From Alphaproteobacteria bacterium (lineage in GTDB: Bacteria; Pseudomonadota; Alphaproteobacteria; CALKHQ01): a stretch of 64,000 nucleotides of DNA. This document shows positions 28,647 to 38,271 of the stretch, piece by piece. Position 1 is the stretch's first letter. Every line of letters starts with the position of its first letter. The notes under the pieces were generated by a model. The model was given only the letters and a program-made list of their open reading frames with translations. It did not search any database and was not told where the DNA came from. The stretch spans positions 1,248,001 to 1,312,000 of the forward strand of contig CBDDFZ010000002.1 of the NCBI GenBank assembly GCA_965227515.1, written 5' to 3'. The translations under genes were made by a program, and so were the position numbers.

Positions 28647-29651
28647 TTACGGGAAGGGACCGGAGAAGCGACCCCAAACGGAGCGTTCGAAGGCCGCCTT
28701 GCTCTCGTCGTCAAGGCGCTGCAGCAGGGAGCGTGCCTCCTCGCTGTCACTCGCGATCTGGGCGCGCAGGGCATCGAGCCCGTCGAACTTCTGCTCGTCG
28801 CGCAAATGGGCGATCAGGGTCACGTCCAGTCGCTGCCCGTATAGGTCGCCATCGAAGTCGAACAGGTGGACTTCCAGCAATTCGTTCTCGCCGTCGACCG
28901 TTGGCCGGCGGCCGAGATTCGCTACGCCGGGCAGGCATTCCGACCCGTTCGGGCCTGTGCGCGATACCCGCACCGCGTAGACTCCGAACGCGGGCCGCAA
29001 GTGGCGGCCCAGCGCGATGTTGGCGGTCGGAAACCCCAGTGTGCGCCCCAGCTTGCGGCCGGTGGCGACACGGCCCTGGATCGACCAGGTCCAGCCCAAC
29101 AGCTTGGCCGCATCGTTCAGCCTTCCCGCGGCCAGATGTTCCCGGATCGCCGTCGACGAGAAGATGGTGTTCTCGCCGTCGGTCACCGGCACCATCGAGG
29201 TGACGCCGAACTTGCCGGCCTCGGCGCGCGACTGCAGCAGCGTGGCGTCGCCGGCGCGTTTGTGGCCGAAGCGGAAGTTGTGGCCGACAACGACATGGGA
29301 CACGCCCAGGCCGCTGACCAGTACATCGTCGACGAAGCGTTCCGCCGGCATGTTCGCCAGCGCCCGGTTGAAGCGCATGGCAAAGACGGCATCCACGTGC
29401 AGGTGGTGCAACAGTGCCAGCTTCTTGCGCACGGGCGACAGGCGAAAGGGCGGGGCGTCGGGGGCGAAGAGCGCACGCGGATGCGGCTCGAACGTCAGCA
29501 CGGCCAGCGGCGCGTTCAGATGTGCGGCGATGGACCGCGCCTCGCTGATGACAGCCCGATGGCCGAAATGCACGCCGTCGAAGTTGCCGAGCGCCACAAC
29601 GCAGCCGCGCGCACGGGGCGGCACGGTCGTCAGGTCGCGGATCAGCAGCAT
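28647..29651 (-). CDS. ribF: Bifunctional riboflavin kinase/FAD synthetase
   Basis: ALGNFDGVHFGH, TFEPHP, GRTLGFPTAN, LLEVHLFDF, LRDEQKF. Confidence 0.96.
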   Translation of the reverse strand: MLLIRDLTTVPPRARGCVVALGNFDGVHFGHRAVISEARSIAAHLNAPLAVLTFEPHPRALFAPDAPPFRLSPVRKKLALLHHLHVDAVFAMRFNRALANMPAERFVDDVLVSGLGVSHVVVGHNFRFGHKRAGDATLLQSRAEAGKFGVTSMVPVTDGENTIFSSTAIREHLAAGRLNDAAKLLGWTWSIQGRVATGRKLGRTLGFPTANIALGRHLRPAFGVYAVRVSRTGPNGSECLPGVANLGRRPTVDGENELLEVHLFDFDGDLYGQRLDVTLIAHLRDEQKFDGLDALRAQIASDSEEARSLLQRLDDESKAAFERSVWGRFSGPFP

Positions 29652-29763
29652 CGCGTTGGGGAGGTCGCTCGCATCGCGGGCATTCTTAGCCGTTTTCGGT
29701 CCACTGGCGAACATGATAAACGGCCGCGAGAACGAATGCGTACCAACGGGGGGCAGGCCAACC

Positions 29764-30375
29764 ATGCGCACTATCGACACTATCGAGGCGCTGGAAGCGC
29801 TCTATGGCACACCGGGCCCAGCCTCGACCGTGAAGGTCGCCGACCGGATCACGCCGCAGTACGGCGCGTTCATCGACGCCGCGCCGTTCGCGGCGCTGGC
29901 CACCGTGGGGCCGGAGGGCGTGGACTGCTCGCCCCGCGGCGACATGCGCGGGTTTGTGCGCGTGGCCGATCCGAAAACGCTGATGATGCCCGACCGCCGC
30001 GGCAACAACCGGGTCGACAGCCTGCGCAACATCGTGCGCGACCCGCGCGTGGCCTTGATGTTCATGGTCCCGGGCAGCGGCAATTGCGTGCGCGTCAACG
30101 GACGTGCGGTCGTGGCGGTGGAGCCGGACCTGCTGGCGTCGTTCGAGGTCGACGGCAAGGCGCCGCGTTCGGTGATCGTGACGACTGTCGAGGAGGTCTA
30201 TTTCCAGTGCGCCCGCGCCATCGTGCGCTCAGACCTCTGGAACCCGGCGCATCATGTGGCGCCGGGCAGCCTGCCGACACCCGGCCAGATTCTGGCCGAG
30301 TTGAGCGAGGGCACGGTCGGCGGCGCCGATTACGACCGGGAATGGCCGGAGCGCGCTGCCAAGTCCATGTGGTAG
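29764..30375 (+). CDS. Pyridoxamine 5'-phosphate oxidase-like FMN-binding protein (MSMEG_1061 type)
   Basis: DCSPRGD, PDRRGNNRVDSLRNI, EVYFQCARAIVRSDLW. Confidence 0.88.
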   Translation: MRTIDTIEALEALYGTPGPASTVKVADRITPQYGAFIDAAPFAALATVGPEGVDCSPRGDMRGFVRVADPKTLMMPDRRGNNRVDSLRNIVRDPRVALMFMVPGSGNCVRVNGRAVVAVEPDLLASFEVDGKAPRSVIVTTVEEVYFQCARAIVRSDLWNPAHHVAPGSLPTPGQILAELSEGTVGGADYDREWPERAAKSMW

Positions 30376-30403
30376 TGCCGGTGTGGTAGTGCCGGTGTGG
30401 TAG
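30368..30403 (+). repeat. 14-bp tandem repeat TGTGGTAGTGCCGG, about 2.6 copies, over the stop codon
   Basis: Read directly: tgtggtagtgccgg tgtggtagtgccgg tgtggtag. Confidence 0.8.
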
Positions 30404-30445
30404 GGGCTGGCGCGGTTATGGGGCCGCGCCAGCGACAGAATCGGA

Positions 30446-30919
30446 TCAGGCCGCGGCGCGCGTCGGCACCAGGATCTCGGCCTCGCCTTCCAGCACCACG
30501 GTGTCGCCAACCGAGCACACGGTGCGCAGCTTGACGCGGCGGCGCTCGGTCTGGATTTCCAGCACGGTCGCCCGCGTTTCCACGGTTTCGCCGACCCGGA
30601 CCGGGGCTTTGAACTTCAGGTCCTGCTTCAGGTAGATGCAGCCCGGACCCGGCAGCTTGGTGCCGATCAGGGTCGAAATCAGGCTGGCGGTAAGCATGCC
30701 ATGGACGATACGGCCGCCGAAGCGGGTCCGCTTGGCAAACTCCTCGTCCAGATGCAGCGGGTTGGTGTCGCCAGACACGCCGGCGAACATGATCAGGTCC
30801 GCTTCGGTCACCGTCTTGCCGAACACCGCGGTCATGCCCACGGCCAAATCTTCAATGTAGAAGCCGTGCAACTCGTCGATGGACGGTTCGCGGGATACCA
30901 GATTTCCGTCAGGCGCCAT
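30446..30919 (-). CDS. phaJ: MaoC family (R)-specific enoyl-CoA hydratase
   Basis: FAGVSGDTNPLHLDEEFA..TRFGGRIVHGML...LPGPG; two PhaR-like boxes upstream. Confidence 0.85.
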   Translation of the reverse strand: MAPDGNLVSREPSIDELHGFYIEDLAVGMTAVFGKTVTEADLIMFAGVSGDTNPLHLDEEFAKRTRFGGRIVHGMLTASLISTLIGTKLPGPGCIYLKQDLKFKAPVRVGETVETRATVLEIQTERRRVKLRTVCSVGDTVVLEGEAEILVPTRAAA

Positions 30920-30942
30920 TGAGGGTAGCCTCCAAGTGATGA

Positions 30943-30954
30943 TGCATTGCACAA
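30943..30954. promoter_or_regulatory. PhaR-like operator (proximal)
   Basis: TGCATTGCACAA fits the TGC-N3-GCA alphaproteobacterial PhaR motif, just upstream of the phaJ-like start. Confidence 0.6.
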
Positions 30955-31094
30955 ATCCAAAGCGAATATCTGCCGCGCTCTGCCACCCGATTCGGTTGTC
31001 CGGTTCAATGACGAGCCGCAGCGTTGGCTGATTGGCTCAGGAATCGGGCCGCTTCCGGGTACCGCGCGACCGCAGACACCCTCGGTCGTGCAAA

Positions 31095-31111
31095 ATTGTG
31101 CAGCGCACAAT
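31095..31111. promoter_or_regulatory. PhaR-like operator (distal)
   Basis: Palindrome ATTGTGC-AGC-GCACAAT containing TGCAGCGCACAA. Confidence 0.62.
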
Positions 31112-31273
31112 ATAGCGGTCTGTCACAAACCTGCAAGGGGGAACTGGTGGCGGAGTTGTGCGGTCAGGTAACTTCGTGGCGGCGTCGTCGAATCCTCCGC
31201 TTGGCCAGCGCGCTACTGTTCACCACAAATGGTTAACGTATTGCAAGCGCCGCAATCGCGGATGAGCCGGCGG

Positions 31274-33454
31274 TCAGGCGCCGGCCGCCACCGCCCGCTC
31301 GGACTCGGTGTCGTCGATGACCCGATCGATGGGGAAGGTCAGGTTCACGGTGGTGCCGGCATCGCGGGCACTGACGATGTCGAGCTTGCCGCCGTGGAAC
31401 TCCATCAGCGCCCGCGCGATCGGCAGGCCAAGCCCGGTACCCTCGATACCGGTGCGGTCCGGCGTTTCGATCCGGCCGAAAGGTTGCAGCGCGCGCTCGA
31501 TGCCCGCCTCGTCCATGCCGACGCCGGTGTCGATCACCGAAATCCGCATGGTGCCCTCCGGCGTCAGGCGCACGGAGACGCCGATCTCTCCGCCCGTGGG
31601 GGTGAACTTGATGGCATTGCCCAGCAGATTGAGGATGATCTGGCGGAACCTCAGCACGTCGGCGCGCAACTTGGGCAGCGCGTCCGGCAGGTCGCTGACG
31701 AATTCCAACCCGGCCTTGTCGATCTGCTCGGACACCAGGCGCGCGCACGATGCCAACTCGTCGCCGACGTCGAAGATGATGTCGGCCAGGTCCAGTTCCT
31801 CGGCTTCCACCCGCGAGATGTCGATAATGTCGTTGATCAGGTCGCGCAGATGCCTGCCGCTGGTGCTGATGTCCGCGAGATAGCCCTTGTAGCGCGGGGT
31901 GCCGATGGGCCCCAGGGTCTCTTTTTCCATCAGCTCGGCGAAACCGATGATGGCATTCAGCGGCGTGCGCAGTTCATGGCTGACACTGGCGATGAACCGG
32001 CTCTTGCGCACGCTGACCGCTTCCGCCGCGTTGCGCGCCTCGATCAAGGCGGCGTACTCGGCGTTCTCGGCGCTCGACTCAACCAGCAGTCCCAGGACGT
32101 CGACATGGTCCTCGGCGTCGATCCGGCGCAGCCAGTGGCGCATCCAGATGTGATTGTCGCTCGTGCCCAGTCGCAGCCACCCGCCATTGGCGGACTGCGG
32201 CGCGTCGCCCGGCAGGCCGGCGGCGAGCTGGATCGCGCGTTCAAGCGCGAACCGGTCGTCGCGGCACAACGCTTCAAGGAAGGCCGAGGAGGAGTTCTGC
32301 GTGTGGCTTTCCAGGTGCGGGCAGCCCGGCAGATCTCCGACATGGACATCGTGCAGGTCGATATCGCCGTTGCTATCGACCCGTGCGCGGTAGGCCACGA
32401 TCGGCTGCGGGCGCAGAATTTCCGAGAGGCCGGTCCTAAGGATCGCGTTATGGCCCGGGGCGGCAGTGGCATCGGCCGTGCCTGCGGGTTCCTCAGATAC
32501 AGATGCGCCCGACACCGATACGTCCGACACCGATACGTCCGAGACCGGCGCGCCGGCACCTGCGACGGTCTCAGCCATATCCATCTCAGCGCCGCCATGG
32601 CCCGCCAGTGACGGTTGAGTGGCCTCTGGCGCCGGGCCGGGGCGGGACGCCACCGCGAAGCGCACAGCGATTGCCGTGCCCAGGATCAGCAGTGCACTGA
32701 TCACGATGGTCGGGATGACGCCGGTCCACCACGCCGCTGGCAGTCCGGGCGTCGTCGGGTGCAATGCCAGCTCAAGCCCGAATGGCGAGGCAATCGGGGC
32801 CACAAGCGCATTTGCCGGCACGTCTCCGTCGCCGAACGGTGCATCGGCCGGCTGCCCGATCGCCGCAGGATCGAACGGCGCGCTGATCCAGACCCGGCCC
32901 GTCGAGGCCGAGACCACAGCCACGCCGGGCACCGACGCGGCCGCCTCCTCCAAGGCGGAAAGGATCGGCTCCAGCGGCATTGCCGCCGCGGCCAACCCGC
33001 CCTCACGGGGGGCATGCAGCGCCGCGACGAACCACTGGCCGTTTACGTTGTATGGCAGCGTCAGCGCCGGCAGGCCGGGGCCGGCGCCATTCGCCACCGC
33101 CGACGCGCGCGCATCCGGGGGCAGCAACGCCCAGGTCTCGCCGGCCGCAAGCACGCGCGCGACGATGCCGTGTGCGCCGGTCAATGTCCCGGTCGCGTCC
33201 GCCTCGCTGGTCGCGCCAATGTTGTTGACCGCGCTGGCCAGCATGTTGATTTCCATGCTCAGCGTGGCAGCGGCGCGCGCGCCGATCAACTGCTGCTGGG
33301 CGATCTGGTGATCGGTCTCGAGCGAAATGGTCCGGGCGATCCAAAGCGCCAAAACGGCTGCGCCCGCCAGAATGACGACAGCCGACCAGCGCCATTGCCG
33401 CCAGTGGTGCGTCCAACGTCTTGAATTCTGTTTACCGGCCAAACCACCGGTCAT
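31274..33454 (-). CDS. Membrane sensor histidine kinase (PleC/DivJ-like transmitter)
   Basis: KSRFIASVSHELRTPLNAIIGFAELM, QIILNLLGNAIKFT, DTGVGM, GTGLGLP; two TM segments; start uncertain. Confidence 0.88.
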   Translation of the reverse strand: MTGGLAGKQNSRRWTHHWRQWRWSAVVILAGAAVLALWIARTISLETDHQIAQQQLIGARAAATLSMEINMLASAVNNIGATSEADATGTLTGAHGIVARVLAAGETWALLPPDARASAVANGAGPGLPALTLPYNVNGQWFVAALHAPREGGLAAAAMPLEPILSALEEAAASVPGVAVVSASTGRVWISAPFDPAAIGQPADAPFGDGDVPANALVAPIASPFGLELALHPTTPGLPAAWWTGVIPTIVISALLILGTAIAVRFAVASRPGPAPEATQPSLAGHGGAEMDMAETVAGAGAPVSDVSVSDVSVSGASVSEEPAGTADATAAPGHNAILRTGLSEILRPQPIVAYRARVDSNGDIDLHDVHVGDLPGCPHLESHTQNSSSAFLEALCRDDRFALERAIQLAAGLPGDAPQSANGGWLRLGTSDNHIWMRHWLRRIDAEDHVDVLGLLVESSAENAEYAALIEARNAAEAVSVRKSRFIASVSHELRTPLNAIIGFAELMEKETLGPIGTPRYKGYLADISTSGRHLRDLINDIIDISRVEAEELDLADIIFDVGDELASCARLVSEQIDKAGLEFVSDLPDALPKLRADVLRFRQIILNLLGNAIKFTPTGGEIGVSVRLTPEGTMRISVIDTGVGMDEAGIERALQPFGRIETPDRTGIEGTGLGLPIARALMEFHGGKLDIVSARDAGTTVNLTFPIDRVIDDTESERAVAAGA
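32494..32546 (+). repeat. In-frame 15-bp tandem repeat in the kinase linker
   Basis: CCGACACCGATACGT x2 plus degenerate flanking copies, encoding VSDVSVSDVSVSGASVS. Confidence 0.75.
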
Positions 33455-33774
33455 AAGCCTGCCTGCATCGGTCACGATCTGCCGCCATCCTGGGGCAAAC
33501 GGCGAGGCCGCGCAGGCCCGTCGAACTGGAATGCCCCCAAACTCCCCCATCGGCGCCAATCGTTTCCTACGATTGGCTGTTCTCGCGCAAAATCCCCATC
33601 CGGATGATGCGCCATGCGAACGCCGACCCATAGCAGCTTTGGCCGCGAATCGCGAGATGAAATGCGGTTAACTACATATGGAAGTTCGGTTGGGCGCGTT
33701 AACCATGCCGAGTGCTGAGCCCCGCGACGCCACTGGTTGACTGTCAAAGTGTCGTTTATTACTTGTCGCGCGTT

Positions 33775-34725
33775 CTAATTTTGCACCGCGTTTGAGAAGT
33801 AATACAAGACAGCGGACAGCGTAACAATGGATACTAGCGTTGAGAATATGATCACGGAGACGGCGCGCTGAACATAGATGTTGTGCTGCTGCGCCAATAC
33901 ATAGACCAACGAGCCGGTTGGCAGCGCCGCGAGTGTCATCGCGATCGCGAAGCTGGATTCCGGCAGCCCGATCACAAGTGCGAGCGCCAAGGTGATCGCC
34001 GGGTGGACGATCAACTTGAACCAGGTGACCCAGGCTACTTCGCGCCATCCGTCTGAAAGGCGCCGCCCCACCATGAACAGGCCCATGGCGAACAGCGCGC
34101 ACGGGCCCGCGGTGGCGGCCAGCAGGTCGAAGACCCGCGACAGGGCGGTCGGCATGGCATCGGTGCCGACGAAATACGACCACAGCACACCTGCCGCGGC
34201 CGACACGACCAATGGGTTGCTGATGCCCGCCAGGAAGGCCGATTGCGCCGTCTTGACCGGGTTCGAGCGCTCTGCCGTCGCCAGCTTCAGCAGGATCGCA
34301 CACAGCGGCATCACGATCGTGCCGGTACACAGGGTGGCGATCACGGCGGGCAGGGTGCCGGTGGGGCCGAACGCGGCGGTAATCAGGGGGATGCCCATGT
34401 AACCGGTATTGCTGAACATGGCAGACATCGCGTGCAGCGTGCCGGATCCGGGCGCGTCGTCGACAAAGATGCGGTGCAGCAGCAGGGCGAGTGCGAAACT
34501 GACGAGGAGCCCGCCCAGGAAGACGGCGATGAAGGGCCAGTCCAGCACAGCCTCGACCGGCGCGCGGGCCATCGAGATGAAGAACAGGGCCGGCAGCGAG
34601 ATGTAGAAGACGAAACGGTTCAGCGCCTCGGAACTGGCGGCCCCCATCAGCCCGATGCGGCCGACCGCGTATCCGCACCCGATGATCGCGAAGATCGGCA
34701 CGACGACGTCGATGATTGCATTCAT
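33775..34725 (-). CDS. AEC (auxin efflux carrier) family transporter
   Basis: LNRFVFYISLPALFF, FSNTGYMGIP, PCALFAMG, FKLIVHP, ALPTG. Confidence 0.9.
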   Translation of the reverse strand: MNAIIDVVVPIFAIIGCGYAVGRIGLMGAASSEALNRFVFYISLPALFFISMARAPVEAVLDWPFIAVFLGGLLVSFALALLLHRIFVDDAPGSGTLHAMSAMFSNTGYMGIPLITAAFGPTGTLPAVIATLCTGTIVMPLCAILLKLATAERSNPVKTAQSAFLAGISNPLVVSAAAGVLWSYFVGTDAMPTALSRVFDLLAATAGPCALFAMGLFMVGRRLSDGWREVAWVTWFKLIVHPAITLALALVIGLPESSFAIAMTLAALPTGSLVYVLAQQHNIYVQRAVSVIIFSTLVSIVTLSAVLYYFSNAVQN

Positions 34726-34910
34726 GGGGTGTGGCGGGTCTCTTGGCGATGGTTTGGCGCCCGGTCCGGCCGGGTGCGTTCGGCACCCCGCGCTTGACGG
34801 GCGGGCCGGCATTCCCTAAGTGCGAGGCTTCGGTCTGCCGATGGCTTAGCCGAAGCGGGCCGCGCTGCAAATCGAAAGCTGATCCCCAACAAGGACAATT
34901 CTATTCCGCC

Positions 34911-35315
34911 ATGCTCGATGCACAGACCGCTCTCATCTACACGATGATCCTTTGCTCCGCCGCCGACAGTGAAATGAACGATCACGAGTTCAACAAGATT
35001 GGTGTCATCGTGCGTGGCCTGCCGATTTTCGAGGAGTTCGATGCGGCGATGCTGCCGCGGATCGCATCCGGTGTGGTCGACAAGCTGAACGAGGAAGACG
35101 GGCTAGATCATCTGCTGGACGAGATCCACGCATCGTTGCCGGACAATCTGGCGGAGACCGCCTATGCGCTGGCGTGCGACGTGGTCGCGGCCGACGGCCA
35201 GGCAAGCCAGGAAGAGCTGCGCCTGCTGGAGATGTTGCGCTACCGTTTGGAAGTGGGCCGGCTTTCCGCCGCTGCCATCGAGCACGGTGCGCGCGTCCGC
35301 CACCAAACCCAATAG
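34911..35315 (+). CDS. TerB family protein
   Basis: ALIYTMILCSAADSEM, ETAYALACDVVAADG..EELRLLE, AAIEHGARVR. Confidence 0.85.
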   Translation: MLDAQTALIYTMILCSAADSEMNDHEFNKIGVIVRGLPIFEEFDAAMLPRIASGVVDKLNEEDGLDHLLDEIHASLPDNLAETAYALACDVVAADGQASQEELRLLEMLRYRLEVGRLSAAAIEHGARVRHQTQ

Positions 35316-35512
35316 GATTTGGCGCCCCGCCTGTTGCCCTCGTTTCCGGCGTCAGGTTCAAGCATCGCAAACATGGCGTCGCGGTACGCCTTGCCAAACG
35401 TGATTGGCATGCCGCCCTCAACATGACCACTATGTGACCGAGCACGGCCACCCCGCACGGGACAGGGCGCGGGACGGGCCGGCGAACGTCGAGTGGACGG
35501 GAAGGCGGCGCG

Positions 35513-36556
35513 ATGGAACCGATCGCACCTCTACCGAGGCGAATTGCGCAACGACGCATTGCCTTTCTGCTCGTCCCCGATTTCTCGATGATCGCGTTCA
35601 CCACTGCCGTGGAGCCGCTGCGCGTGGCGAACCGCGTGCTTGGCGATCGGGTCTACGACTGGACGGTGCTGTCGGTTTCCGGTGCGCCGGTTTCCGCCAG
35701 CAACGGTGTGTCGGTGATGGTGGATGGCGCGCTGCCCAGCCATCCGCCCCACGTACCGCCGCGCCCCGACCTGGTGATGGTCTGCGCCGGCCTGAACGTC
35801 GCCGCCGCGGCCGACCGGATGTTGTTGCAGGCATTGCGGCGCTGGCACCATGCCGATGTGGCCCTTGGCGGCGTGTGCACCGGCACATGGCTGCTGGCGG
35901 AGGCCGGCCTGCTGGAGGACGTGCGCTGTGTGATCCATTGGGAGGCGCTGCCGGCGTTCGCCGAGCGCTTTCCCGATGCCGACGTGCGCGCCGACCTCTA
36001 CCAGAGCGACCGGGGCTTCCTGACCTGTGCCGGCGGTACCGCGCCGCTGGACATGATGCTGCACATGGTGGCCGAGGATCTGGGCGACGATGTGGTGTCC
36101 GGTGCCTGCCAGCAGATCATCACCGACCGCGTGCGTCAGCACGGCGAAAGCCAGACCCTGCCGATCGGTAGCCGGCTGAAGATCGCCAACGGGCGCCTGT
36201 TGGAGATGGTGCGGCTGATGGAGACCAACATTTCCGAGCCATTGTCGCTGGAGGACATCGCGGCCGCCGTGAAGCTCTCCCGCCGCCAGGTCGAGCGGCT
36301 GTACCAGCGGCATCTCGGCATGTCCCCGGCGCGCTGCTACACGCTGCTGCGGCTCAATCGCGCCCATTTGCTGCTCACCCAGTCCGACCTGCCCGTGCTT
36401 CAGGTGGCGCTTGCATGCGGCTTCGTCTCGGCGTCGCACTTCTCCAAGTGCTACCGCGCCGTGTACGGGCGGCCGCCGGCGCGCGACCGGATGGGGCAGG
36501 GAACGTTCGAGACCGGCCTTGCCGCGCCGGCCGATCGGCCGCTGAAGATGGCGTAG
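35513..36556 (+). CDS. GlxA/GbdR family AraC transcriptional regulator
   Basis: FSMIAFTTAVEPLRVAN, GGVCTG, TCAGGTA, SRRQVERL, VALACGFVSASHFSKCYR. Confidence 0.92.
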   Translation: MEPIAPLPRRIAQRRIAFLLVPDFSMIAFTTAVEPLRVANRVLGDRVYDWTVLSVSGAPVSASNGVSVMVDGALPSHPPHVPPRPDLVMVCAGLNVAAAADRMLLQALRRWHHADVALGGVCTGTWLLAEAGLLEDVRCVIHWEALPAFAERFPDADVRADLYQSDRGFLTCAGGTAPLDMMLHMVAEDLGDDVVSGACQQIITDRVRQHGESQTLPIGSRLKIANGRLLEMVRLMETNISEPLSLEDIAAAVKLSRRQVERLYQRHLGMSPARCYTLLRLNRAHLLLTQSDLPVLQVALACGFVSASHFSKCYRAVYGRPPARDRMGQGTFETGLAAPADRPLKMA

Positions 36557-36805
36557 CGCCACGGAAAGGCTGGGCGCCGGTTACAATCAGTTACAGTAAT
36601 TAAAGAGAAAATCGAAAAAATCTGTTCTGAAAATAAATAATGGACAAGTTTATATTTGATTTCAGATAATAACAGTTGGAAGTGATAACCAATCTGAAAC
36701 CAATCTTTAAAGGATAGACTATTAGCGTCCCCACGAAGGTAATGCGTGCATTGGTGAAATCTGTGCGTCCTGACAACAAAGAAGCAGGGCGAGGGGACAG
36801 GCAAC

Positions 36806-37660
36806 ATGAACTCACAGACCTATGTGGTCGACGGCGATGTCGACACGCGTGTCACGGTCACGGAGCTGGAGGACGGCTCCCTCAAGATCGACCTGGAGGT
36901 GCTCGACGACACCGGCTTCATCGGCGACCTGGGCGCGATGTATTTCGACCTGGCGGACGATGGCCTGGCCGAGAGCCTTTCGGTCAGTGGCGAGCAGGTC
37001 GCGACGTCGTCGTTCACCGGCGACGTCTTTGCGGCGTTCGACCAGTATGAAATGTCCGACGCCGCGTATGGCGCGGTTGGCGACACGTTCGATGGCGGCA
37101 TCGAGCTCGTCTCACTCGGTGCCGACGGCGACGGCATCCAGGCGACGACGTTCTATCTGTCGAGCAGCCTGCGCGACCTGACGGTCGACGACCTCGTGCA
37201 GCAACAGATCGCCATCGGGGTCACCAGCGTCAGTTTCGTCACGAGCGATGACTCAGAGCCGGAGCCGGATCCCGACCCGGCCGAGGAGGCAGAGGCCACG
37301 CCGTTGGACGCCCTGGACGACATCCTGTTCGTGTTCGATGCCGATCGCGCCAGCGGCAACACGCTGGACAACGATACCGGCGACATGCTTGCGGTCAGCG
37401 CGGTCAACGGCGAAGCGGGCAATGTGGGCCAGGCGATCACGGTCACGTCCATTGGCGGGCGGACCGGGCAGCTGACCATCGATGCCGACGGCATGTTGCT
37501 GTTCGATCAGCTCGGCAATTTTTCCGACCTCGGGCAAGGCGAGGTCGACATCGTCATGGTCACCTATCAGGCGACCGACGGCGGCGGCGCGTTCGACACC
37601 GCGACCACGTCGTTGCAGATCGTCGGCGGCAACAATTCCGACGAGTTCCTGCTTGGCTAG
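36806..37660 (+). CDS. Acidic extracellular protein with a cadherin/VCBS-like Ig domain
   Basis: GGGGA RBS; DALDD..GNTLDND..VSAVNG..GQLTIDADG..FSDLGQGE..TYQATDG is typical of T1SS adhesin repeats; no Sec signal. Confidence 0.72.
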   Translation: MNSQTYVVDGDVDTRVTVTELEDGSLKIDLEVLDDTGFIGDLGAMYFDLADDGLAESLSVSGEQVATSSFTGDVFAAFDQYEMSDAAYGAVGDTFDGGIELVSLGADGDGIQATTFYLSSSLRDLTVDDLVQQQIAIGVTSVSFVTSDDSEPEPDPDPAEEAEATPLDALDDILFVFDADRASGNTLDNDTGDMLAVSAVNGEAGNVGQAITVTSIGGRTGQLTIDADGMLLFDQLGNFSDLGQGEVDIVMVTYQATDGGGAFDTATTSLQIVGGNNSDEFLLG

Positions 37661-37684
37661 GTTGCGTTTCGACAGGGAGCCCGG

Positions 37685-38128
37685 CTACGGGTTCAGCACC
37701 AGCGGCAGCACGGTGCGGCCGGGCGGGAAGCCCTCGCCGTCGGAGACGTCTTCCTCGTAGACCTCCAGGTGGCCCACCTGCTGTTCCGTCACCGCAAAAT
37801 CGACGGTGAACGAGAATGCGCCGGGCCCGTCGACGGCGCCGCCCATGGTGAAGCCGTCGGCGACCACGCTGCCGTCGCGGGCGAGCAGGCGCCACACCAC
37901 CGTGCCCTCGAACGTGCGCGAGCAGCCGGCGACCGCGAAGCCGCTGTCGACGCGCGCTCCGGCGACCGGGGTGGTGGCGATGACGAAGGCGGCGCTGGAG
38001 AGCGCTGCATCGCTGTTGTCGCAAGAGTCAGGCGTTGCGGGGGGATCGCCGCCCGACTGCGCCGGGCTCTGGGTGCAGCCGATCACCATCGCCGTGAGCA
38101 GCGCCACGGCGCCTGGAACCTTCGTCAT
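37685..38128 (-). CDS. Lipoprotein with a Gmad2-type immunoglobulin-like domain
   Basis: Lipobox VIGC; P..GARV..GF.VAGCSRTFEGTVVWRL...DG..VADGF...GAFSFTV...G.LEVYE...DG; GGAGG RBS. Confidence 0.72.
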   Translation of the reverse strand: MTKVPGAVALLTAMVIGCTQSPAQSGGDPPATPDSCDNSDAALSSAAFVIATTPVAGARVDSGFAVAGCSRTFEGTVVWRLLARDGSVVADGFTMGGAVDGPGAFSFTVDFAVTEQQVGHLEVYEEDVSDGEGFPPGRTVLPLVLNP

Positions 38129-38220
38129 CTGACCCTCCGTGTGTTTTGTGGCCTTGTTGTTCGCCCCACTATCCAATGTCCGGCGGGCAATGGCCAGCAA
38201 CCAAGGCCTCGACATCGAGA

Positions 38221-38247
38221 GTCATTGATTGCAATGCAATCAATGAC
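38221..38247. promoter_or_regulatory. Operator of the FitAB-type TA module
   Basis: Perfect 13-bp inverted repeat GTCATTGATTGCA-A-TGCAATCAATGAC, 24 bp before the antitoxin start. Confidence 0.75.
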
Positions 38248-38271
38248 TACATTGCTGTCTTTGGAGGTGGC

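Noticed and set aside
29017-29763. N-terminal extension of the PNPOx-like ORF 29017..30375
   Set aside because: It is antisense to ribF. The family sequence starts at ATG 29764.
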